A DNA stretch of 64,000 nt from Nemertoderma westbladi (lineage: Eukaryota > Animalia > Xenacoelomorpha): the NCBI GenBank assembly GCA_032718475.1, contig JAUCBJ010004634.1:62001-126000 (forward strand). Reading direction: 5' to 3'. Positions 12,225 through 22,200 of the stretch are shown one piece after another; position 1 is the stretch's first letter; every line of letters begins with the position of its first letter. The notes under the pieces are model-generated. The model searched no databases, had not been told where the DNA came from, and saw nothing but the letters and a program-made list of their open reading frames with translations. A program made the position numbers and the translations under genes.

Positions 12225-12939
12225 GGGGGGGGGGGGGGGGGGGGGGGTACACCATTTTGATCCAAAATATGTCGAAATTTGTTTATGGTCTAATATAATG
12301 CACCATTGAATGGTGTTTCCAAATCTGAAAACCGCTATTTAATAGCTCTTTTAGTTTTCAAGTTATATAAATTTCCATTTAGGCAATCCTATTGAAATTA
12401 CTATTACTATGTATAATGAAAGGTCGATTATCTCCAAATATTTTTTTTATGAAATTGTCAACTTCAAAACCCTAATACTTCTACAAATTTTGAGTAATTA
12501 GTGTGAAATTTTCTGTGGGTGTCTAGATAGCCACCCTGCATAAAAGTATCAGACAACTTTTCGAAATTTTTTGTTAATAAAATGTAATACTATTTATAAC
12601 AAACCTAAAAGTTTGCATAAATTTTCAGCGCCACCTAGCGGTGCAGAATTATTTTAACAAAATTTCGCCTGATAAATATGTTGCCCCATCTTTGATCTAT
12701 CATATAAAAAAACTTTCATGTGATTAGGTTCAAAACTGTAAAAGCCCTGGGTTTTAAGCGCAACCAAATTTTTTTTATTGTTAACTAGTATTAACTAATA
12801 TTTAATACCGAAAAAAATGTTTTTTCTGACCTGTTATGTAGAATAGCATTTTAGGCACCTATATACCAAATTTTAGCCAAAACCAAACAATTTTGAAACG
12901 CTGAGAGTGATAAATCGAAGAGTTGTCCGAAAATGGTGT

Positions 12940-12973
<34 letters not shown>

Positions 12974-12977
12974 ACCC
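12225..12977. mobile_element. Non-autonomous TIR element (Kolobok-like MITE)
   Basis: TTAA at 12221-12224 and 12978-12981 flanking TIRs G(n)TACACCATTTT / AAAATGGTGTAC(n); a TTAA TSD with purine termini fits Kolobok rather than piggyBac. Confidence 0.75.
12626..12643 (-). promoter_or_regulatory. CTCF-like motif inside the MITE
   Basis: Minus strand CACCGCTAGGTGGCGCTG closely matches the CTCF core consensus. Confidence 0.45.
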
Positions 12978-13059
12978 TTAATAACATATCCCCCCCCCCC
13001 CCTTAATAACATATTCCCATTAATATAATTTTACACTTTTTTAAATCTTGAATCTTTAG

Positions 13060-13245
13060 AGAGATGTCCATTAGGGGAATTCTATAACCAACTTGACTAC
13101 AATGTTATTCCACCCGTGGACCAGCTGACTTGCGGTCCCATCTGCACCCCCGACCAACCAGCGCCGCATTGCGAGTGCAATTCACTCGGTACCCGATGCG
13201 GATGCCAGTTGGGTTACCATAGTATCATTGGTAGAATTTGTGCAG
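13060..13245 (+). CDS. Internal exon (phase 1-1), EGF-like: RCPLGEFYNQLDYNVIPPVDQLTCGPICTPDQPAPHCECNSLGTRCGCQLGYHSIIGRICA
   Basis: Acceptor ttgaatctttAG, donor GTTTGT at 13246, 186 bp open, 8 Cys with a C-x-C-xx-GY ending; shares CPLG with the exon at 2824. Confidence 0.75.
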
Positions 13246-13494
13246 GTTTGTGTAATCATGATGTCAAATACAATTAATTGATAATCAAATACAATCGAAT
13301 CATTACGTACAAATGTGTAGTTATGTAAGTACAGTGGAATTGTGCCGTCTACGTGTAGGCTTACATTGACTTTATGAATTTTTATTTTGGTCAACATTTT
13401 TTCCTATATTTCAATACGGGTTGAAATTTATTGTAAAAATCTCTTTGATCAAAATTTAAATATTTAAAAATAAAAATTAAATAATGTAGTGCAT

Positions 13495-14798
13495 TGTTAC
13501 GGCTGCTTTCAGCCAAATTTAGAATTCGCCAGAGGGTAAAAAGAACAAGTGTCGCGGACACGTGGGTAACTGGTATATTAATATATATAAATGGTTATTG
13601 ATACAGTTACTTAAGTTACATATGATATGGGTAAAGAGGGCTGGAGTAATCATACGATCATACGAAGTACCAGTATCACGGTAACAGAGCAGGTCTGCTA
13701 TCCAGTCAGGGTATGGGTGATACAGCTCCGCAAGTGTGCAGAGCCAGGTAATCAGATAGTCTGATCCCTGCTCACCGGGGGACCGGTGAGTCACCCGGTG
13801 TGATCTAACTAGTGACCACACAAGGTCTGTCAACCGGCTTGACGGTTGGCTGGCGTGATCCCTTTTTTTCTTTCTTTCTACTTTACCTTTCGATAGTTAG
13901 TTCTGCCCTTTTATGAATTGCAAATATAAAAAGGGTGCCGGCATTGACTAATGATAAGGCCTACCTAACTTACTTTCAGTTTCTCGCGAATAGGTACGGT
14001 ACGTTTTATACTACAACTGTATGCACAATTAAATAAGGACATTTAACCACCGATCGGCTTTCCTACTAATAATACTACAAATAGAATGAACAACGCATGA
14101 AGACGCCTAACTAAATTATTTTCAGTTTCGTACGGACAAGGTCAGTCAGTTTCTCAAGTACTACGACGCGTTTAAAGCGGATTGTAACAGACTGGCAAAA
14201 AAAATAGACTATACTAAAGGGATGCAAATATGCAAACAAACTAAGGGCCAATAGTAATGGCCGCTGTAACGCACGGGATACCATAAACATGTAGGAAAAC
14301 TTTAGTATTGTGGTGTAATCATGGTAGAGGAAACCCATAGTAGTCTGGTGGGCGCGTATGACGCTGAGGACGCCGGGTGTGTGGAGGAACGTTGTCCACA
14401 TCGTCGAACCCGAGGAACACCTCGTCTAGGGATGAAGAGGGTGACGGGGAGCGCGCTGGTGCCGGAGGGGGTGTAGTTGGACGCACAGAAGGTACCGGAG
14501 GAGAGGCCTGGTAATGTCGCTCACCCGGCGGTTCGGTGCCGGTTGGTCGCGGGGAAGGTAGACCCGCAGACCCCTCGTCATCGTCGTTGGACGAGGGCTC
14601 GTCGACCGCAGGTACCGAGGTATCGCGGTAGGGTACGCAATAACATTCGGACCGCGGAACCCGATATGCCTGCGAACGTAGTTGGCGACCGACGAACTTC
14701 CGGACACTTACCCAGGATTGGTCCGTTGTCGCTACAATGTACCGGGGTCGGCCCTGTAGTTGCGGCGAATCGGCGTGGAGGTAGACGATATCTCCTAC
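13495..14798 (-). mobile_element. 3' remnant of a Ty3/Gypsy-like LTR retrotransposon, truncated by BEL copy A
   Basis: Integrase C-terminal frame, then a polypurine tract (minus AAAGAAAGAAAAAAAGGGA, ~13859-13877), then a probable LTR ending ...TAACA at 13495. Confidence 0.6.
14319..14798 (-). pseudogene. Gypsy-type integrase C-terminal tail (not in ORF track)
   Basis: Manual translation, open for 159 codons plus stop: VGDIVYLHADSPQLQGRPRYIV...WVSVRKFVGRQLRSQAYRVPRSECYCVP...RRPQRHTRPPDYYGFPLP*; VGDxVYL and RPQRxxRPPxxY are typical pol endings. Confidence 0.65.
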
Positions 14799-16010
14799 TG
14801 TTCGCGCTTTCAGACCTTTGGCAGTTTAACCCGCCAAATTAGGATGTCTTCTAGATAATAAATCGCTTTTAGCCTCTGACAAGTATTTGATTCACTACAC
14901 TAGTTGAAACCAATCTGTGCGCGATCATTCACCCGCTGGATATACCCGGGAGATTGACTTCGACGGCTTAATCTTATTGCTATGTAAGCCTAATGTATTA
15001 TTCGACTGACAGTATTATATAATCTCTGACAATATTATTCACCTTCGGGGAATATTAACAGTTCCTTTTGGACGTGGCGCTCTATCTATATAAACAGAGC
15101 TATGACTTAAACTACATGCAACGATATGGCTTAGTTACAATTCACATATATGGCGCATTCTTTAGGAAATGCTTCGTTATCAGTCTCACTCATACACAAT
15201 GCTGCACAATACTGCACACTGATCTGCCGATCTTCACTGATTTTAGTCACATATAAAAGGAACACAGACCGACTCATGTAGGGTCTATCAGATAACATTA
15301 GATTCACTTCAAACCACTTTAACATAAGTCACAATCGTTATATGTAACCTGTCTCTCTTACCTTCGGTATATCAAGAATATTGGGTTTTCGGGGTTATTT
15401 CTCGTTATTCCAAATATAATATTTCATCAACCATATAATGAATAACCGACAGTAAATAGCAGTATAACGTTATAAAAGTATGCACGACAAGACCAGCCAA
15501 GCATTGAGTAAGTTGTTAACCATTGAGTTACCCAGATAACGGATATATGTCCTTATAATTAAGCCTACTAGTGTTAGGCTAAAAGCAGAAAAGCACAAAT
15601 ATTCCAAAAGCCGTTCTTTCTTGGCTCAGGACTGAATGATAACACTGCCCATAAAGCATTGCGTGATTTCTAGGAAATTTCTGTACAAGAACAGTAAAAA
15701 CGCTCTGATTGGTTGACTGAACTGAGAGGCACCGTAGAACAAAGAAAATCGACACGTATACAGCTCAGCTGTTAACCGTCGTCATAGTAACTACTGTTTC
15801 AAGAGGATCTAGCTATTTTGCGTCATAGAATTGCCATAGAATCACCAACCATGTCCCCCAAAGTACACATACGGAAGAAATAGCTCTTAGGTCCTCTAAA
15901 AAACACCGATACAGCAATAATACGGCCTCTTACGCCTACTAAACCAACTACAGAGTATTTTACGGGAAAAATAAGGAAAATAACCGGGCAATTCCGCAAA
16001 AGCTTTTACA
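14799..16010 (-). repeat. 3' LTR of copy A (1212 bp)
   Basis: Minus strand TGTAAAAGC...GCGCGAACA, preceded by PPT-like GGGAGCGG; homologous to the other LTRs. Confidence 0.93.
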
Positions 16011-16480
16011 CCGCTCCCAGAAAATGGGATTTTCAGTCTATAAAATATAAAAATCACAGTTTCTAAAACATAAAGATACTCTAAACAGTTAGTTTTTCTT
16101 GCGCGGACGGCGTTCACGCAGTTTCCCGAGGCCAGCAAGAGTCCTTTTCTCTTTGGGGCGAGCCACTTTACTAGAAAGGCTATAACTCCTGGGTAAAGGG
16201 TGCAATACAATTGCATTAGAAGGTTTGGGTTTACGGTCGGTGTCTCGTCCATTTCGATATGCTTCTCCTCGAGCTGATTTTCCTCCGCTTGTCATGGGAT
16301 ACGTTCGTCCAAAACTCTCGCAGAGAATAGGGTTTTCTAAGCTTGATATCTTCTTAGAGATTCGAGATTTCCCAATCGAACTGAGATAAGGCCAATTCGT
16401 TTATCGATTGGACTTACTGTTATAACTTACGTTTATCTGAACAAACGCAGGTTTCTTTTTTGATCTTTATAGAATAGCGT

Positions 16481-17606
16481 TTAACTCGTTTCGTACAACG
16501 CTCTCCTTCACCTTGATGAAGGGTTGTATCGCGTTAAACGGGGACGACCATACGGTTGGATAGTGATATTAGGTGTCCGCGTCACAATCCGGCTAGGTAA
16601 GATGGGCGGCTAGCTAGAAATCACTGTCGGAGTGTTACCGATTAATTGTTAGGGTAGCACTAGATCTTTGAACAGTGAATACAGTCCGCGAGGATCCGCG
16701 ACACCACCAGGATCGCAGGTCTGAGGTCCAACTAAGGAATGAGGAGGTTTGACCGAGTATTCCGGGACTCTGATCGTAGGTTTACTCCAGGATCGTTCGA
16801 GCCGAGTGAGCATAGGTGATACGTCAAACAAGTTTCGCTCGAAACTCCAGTAAATATAACGAGCACAACTGTGTTTAACACAACGTTTCCGTGGATGTTT
16901 ATGTCTTTCCGTTTATTGGCTGGGTCTAGGGCATTTATCGTAATAATACCAAAGACGCACGTCTTGAAGGGGAAACGCGGGTGATCGCTCTCCAGTTTTA
17001 CAATATTCCTCCATCTGTTCGAAGCTATCTGGAACGACAGGTAGCGGTCGATCGGCGGTAAGATACATCATCGTAAAATAGAGCCGTTTGAGTTCCATCA
17101 TAGGGTCTGGATGTATACCTTGAGGATATCGAGTTTCGAGGTTTTGTTGACTGGCAATATTGAGATAGGTCTCTCTTAGGAATTCTAGATAATCGTTGAA
17201 GTCGCGACGTTTATCAGGTTCTTCAACGTCTTCCCTCTCGAGTCTGTTTCGAATAGAGTTCTCGTGTTCTATTCTCGATTTATCGTTTCGACTCCGCTGG
17301 GTATGATATTTAAATAAAACCATTTCCCTTTCGGTGTCTATATCGTCGGTGTCGTGTAAATCAATAGGATGACCAGTAGTCAAGAAGTCCATATACGTAC
17401 CATTACGATGCGTATAGCGAGCGGTGAATTTTCCATAGTCCAATTCACGCGTAAGTTACTTCCAGGAAATCGTAGGTTCGATATAACGACCATCATCCTC
17501 CGTAGTAGTTGGACTAGTATCACCGCGTATCAAGCTATCAACAAACGCTTGAAAGTAGAGTATATCGCTCCCTGATACCAAGACCATCTTCTATCAACTC
17601 CGTCAT
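16481..17606 (-). pseudogene. Disrupted copy of the extra 3' ORF
   Basis: MTELIEDGLGIRERYTL... homologous to 44012-45142; 2-bp frameshift near 17555, in-frame TAA near 17456 and at 16913; ORF-track pieces 16913-17443 and 16649-16831. Confidence 0.85.
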
Positions 17607-19248
17607 ATCTGCTATATATGAGTTTATTAATATTATAATGAGTTTATATTTAGGCTAGCGAGCGTCGCTGCCTACCCCAATCAGCCCCCGGACAGTGCGA
17701 GATCCTCAGCGCCGATGTGTCGTCGCCGCTGTACTTTCGCCAACGACGTAGCCGCACAACGACAACGACAACCGGCACAAGTCACTCGACTGTCCGTCCC
17801 AAAGGCTTAGATACACCTCAGGTTCTTACTGGAGAGTTAGGGTTACTTTCACAATTGCGACTCGCTACTGTAAACACACCTTAGTAGTGACATTCGCCTA
17901 TAAACTCACAAATACCACACACACAACTTGTCACAAATTACACACACTCGGGTCACTTGTCCGTTAGTCAGTGCCTTCCAGAATGTCACGTTATTATCAT
18001 GTATCCTTGGATACTAGCAGTGCGCTATTTATTCCCTATGCTATTCAATGGGACAAGCTTTCTATTGTTCTTTTAACTCAATTCTAATTCTAGCGTGGAT
18101 GTTGCTATGGTGACATTATGTAAAGCTAGCAGTAGAATTAGGGTAATTCCAATGCATACAGATCTGGGATGTTATTTAATAGTAATTCTTTAATGGTCAA
18201 TGTCCTGTTTTATACATGACTTTATGAATTTTATCGGCTATTGACTATGTTTGGGAGACTTTCTCACACTCATACGCATAATAAGATAAATCTCCGCTCC
18301 CTTGATCTATTAATTAATGGAATTTTGGGAATGTTATAAATTGTCTAAAATGACAATTTATTAAATTCATTAAAATATCTGAATTTAAATTTATTCCCGT
18401 AAATTTTATTATTTAATGTTAAATAGACACAATTTTATTCCAGAACGTGTCTGGGGACTGGGATCCTTGATTCTAGGAATTTTGTCCTTTTAAGAGTATC
18501 GGTAAATGCTACGATGTCTTAATTGACTAGAATTGTTGAAGGATCTGAATTTTACAGATTTTGATTTATTAGATTTGCAAATATTAAATAATTAATATTT
18601 GAGATGGGCACCGATTTATTCCAGAACTTGTCTGGGGACGTTAACCACTGATTCTAGAATTTGTCTTTCAAGTATATCGGTGGGTGCCGCGATATCTTAA
18701 TCGACTAGAATTACAGATGGTCAAAAGGTTTAACAGATTTATTTGCGTTTCACGCTACTGTTAGAGGGACATCACGCTACTATATGTATTATTTAATATA
18801 CGGTATGAGAGCAATATCGCACAAAGCAATGTCAGTGTGAAGAGGCAAGTCGTTTCCAAGGTCTACCCAGAGCTTGGTTTAGCCGAGACACGAGGATCTG
18901 AACTTTGCATTCCATGCCTACCAATAATACTTGAATATAGTAGTGGCTTTATTGTACTTTAATAAGTACGGACATTTCATCTTACTGTAGTTACGTATTT
19001 ATAATATAACACGGACAGTAAGGAAAGAGAAAAATACTTGTTTCTCACCGTCACACTAAATATAATATAAGTAATTACGTACGCAATAAACACGAATATA
19101 TTGCACTATTCTACTAAATAATCGCTAAATAATATTCTACTAAATTAAATAAAACGATTATAATAAAATTACATAGTAATACATACAGAAATATAAAAAT
19201 AATAAAATAATATAAAATAATAGAGTCACACACCCACTCCATATGTTG

Positions 19249-22200
19249 TTACGTTATGGAGTCCCTAGATGTTTGAAGGATTAGGGAGGTGGTCGTGGGA
19301 AGAGAATCTTGCCTTCCACAGTTTCCGGAGAGTCCTCCATTCCCTTCCGGTAAACACAAACGACCGACTGGGTGATTGAGTCGCTGCATCCCGAATACAA
19401 TTCCAGGTTTCCTCTTCGTCCTGGAATAGTGACGATAGAAACATCGCTCTAGGTACACGACGGCCTTACAAAGCCGATTCCAGGAGCTATAGTGGTCCGT
19501 CGCTCCCTGCAGGAGAGGTGAGAGTCCCTGCGAGACGTCTGATGTTCCAGAGCTCCAATCGCTCTCTCTGATTTTCATGAAGGATCCACTCGCGGTGGGG
19601 AGGTCCAGATCCACGGCGTCGTCCCTGGCAATATGTAATACCGACAGATCTATCCCGGGTTCAAATAACTCCGATCCACCCGTCCGGGTTTTAGGTTTGA
19701 CTTTCTCCGCTCCCTTGGCTGGTCTAATCTCAGTCGGAGTAAGATGGGGAGGCCATTCATCCTCCTTACTCAGGAAGTCGGGTTCACCTAACCGGTCTGT
19801 AGTATCTGTCAGTTCTTGAGGAGTTGCTCCTCTGGAAGCGATGTCAGTTGGATTAAACTTCTTGGGGCAATATCTCCATTGATCTACATTGGAGCTAATA
19901 TCGTCATTATCTGAGGAGTATGGTGTTCCCTCAGTTGGGTCGTCTCCCTCACTAGTATCATCTTCCCATTCACTCACCTGGCAGACGCGATCTTGAAGCA
20001 GTCTTTCTCTGAGCGTTCTTCGGGAAGGTCCAGTAAGGTACCAACCTACTCTAGTTCTTACCGCATAGGTCTGAAGTGGTTGCGGTTGAGCAGGTCGTTT
20101 CTCCAATGTCTCCAGCGCCTCATGCGCGTTTTGACCGATTAATATTTGTACTCCAGGATAATCGGTGTCGAATCTAGGAATGTTAAGTTGTTGGGCATGA
20201 TCATCTTCGTCCCAATTATAAGGTTCCACTTGGGTGGTAGCGAAGTTCTTTATTGCCACCATTTTGACTGACCTTATACTGTGTTCTCCTAGTTTATCCT
20301 GTGGAGTGGACAACGCACCTACATAATAATCTGCGATTACTGTAGATTTCCAAACCTGCATAATTCCTGACATGTTTAGCTTAGTTCGGAACTTGGGTTG
20401 TCCAGCAAAGATGTCTTCGGCTAGTTCTTTATCGATGAATGTTCCTGTGCTGCCGGAGTCCAGGAGGGCGTTCACTACATAACTCCTTTTTGGTCCGTGG
20501 ACCCTTACCTGTACCACAGGAAATTCTCTAATCCCTACATTGGAAGTTGGCGCTTTCCAAAATGGTGGTTGACCAGAAGTAGTTAGAGTGAGGTCACTTT
20601 CTGTATCTTTTTCATAAGTGAGTGCTCGATACACTGCGGTATTTATCATGTAACAGGATTCGTTTTCGTCGGAGAACTCGTCCGTATAGAATCCTTCCAT
20701 CTCAGATTGATCAGTGTCGTTCACATCACTGAATTGGACATGTAGTTCGGAATCACTCACCTGACTCGGACTATTTCGCTCGAATTCAGTGTGCAACAAG
20801 ATATGATGTTTCGCACCGCACTTTGCACACCTTGCGTCGGAGTAACAGGTTCGCCGTTGGTGTCCTCGTCTGAGGCAATTATAACACAACCGCTTATCCC
20901 ACATGACTTCACGTCTGTCCTTTAGTGATTTCCTCAGGAATTCATCACACGCACTTAAACGGTGGGGCCCATCGCACAGCACACATTTGGGCTTGATGTT
21001 ACTTACTTTAACATGTGCTGTGTGGTGCACGTTCGTTCTTTCCTCGGGCTTTCTCACCTGAATTCTCTTGGGAGACGTAGGAGGAGTTTTTCTTACCTGT
21101 TTTCTCCTGTCATTGGTTCGAGACTTGAATTTACTTACCTGGTCTTTAGGCGTTTTATTGACATAATAAGATCTTTCAGTGTCTTTCCCGCTATCCTCTC
21201 CTTGAGAAGTCTGGCTTTCGCCATCGTCTGTATAACACACTGGTGTTACCCTTCTCCTAGAAACGGGTTTCTCACTTACCTTGTTTTCCAGTGTCTTCTC
21301 TCTGGACTGCCTTAGGAGCTGTAATTTCACTTCTCCATCTAAGAATGACATGAGATCAGCCATGGTAGGGTCTCGTCGTTGTTGTTCCATCATATATAAC
21401 ACTTTCTTGTCCCAGCGTGTACCTACTCCACCCTTGGGCAAAGTAGATGCTAAGGCTCCTACAACCATAGAATTCTGGTATTCATGAGACTTACCTAGCC
21501 AATCTAATTGTCTACAGATCTCCTGAATCTCATCGGAAAACTCTATAATCCCGCTGCTAAGAAACTTTCGGGGCGCTATTAATTTTGCATACAAATACCT
21601 AGCTATGTTATTCCTATTACCATACCTGATGTTTAGTGTATCCCAAACTTGTCTTAATCCGTCTGGATGTCCAATAAACTTTAACGCCATTAACTTGGGA
21701 GATCCTTCCAAGCACTCGATGAGGAATCTAAGTTTCTCTCCATTAGATAGCACAGAGTTCTGTATGTTATCTTTGTAATATTCATTAAAAGGTAACCATT
21801 TCATCTCATCTCCATTGAACTTGACGATCTCTCCCACCTTTACTGCTTGCCGGGCTTCGGTTCTAGCCATTTGACGCGTAAAACTTTCTTGGGCCATTGT
21901 GTTATTTAATATCGAGTTATCGGTATATAAATTTCTCGGATTATGATCCGGTCTATAGGGAATATCATTATCAACAGGTCTATAATTACTCTTAATAGGG
22001 TTCACTATAGGAGTTTCTACTTCGCTAGCAGTATAGATGCGTGTAGGCTCCACACCTTGCGCATGAGATACTTCAGACCTAACAGGTTGACACATTGTTA
22101 CAGGGGGTGGTAGTATACCCTTTTGTAAATTTACTAATTTATCACGTTCTAGCGCGATATTTTGCTGCACTTCTTGCAACTCTAATCTACTTTCCCTTAC

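Noticed and set aside
12225-12247. Long poly-G/poly-C runs (also ~12941, ~34826, ~38450, ~61548) as functional G-quadruplexes
   Set aside because: They lie in or next to transposon sequence, and homopolymer lengths are unreliable.
5608-12298. Many MVVNRHSFRKQSGRVYCGRSP repeat ORFs (also 63138-63717)
   Set aside because: A 63-bp unit is stop-free in one frame by chance, and frequent frame-breaking indels show no coding constraint.
19400-19900. Pol deletions in copy A as spliced-out introns
   Set aside because: The matching positions in copy B do not show clean GT...AG boundaries for both deletions.
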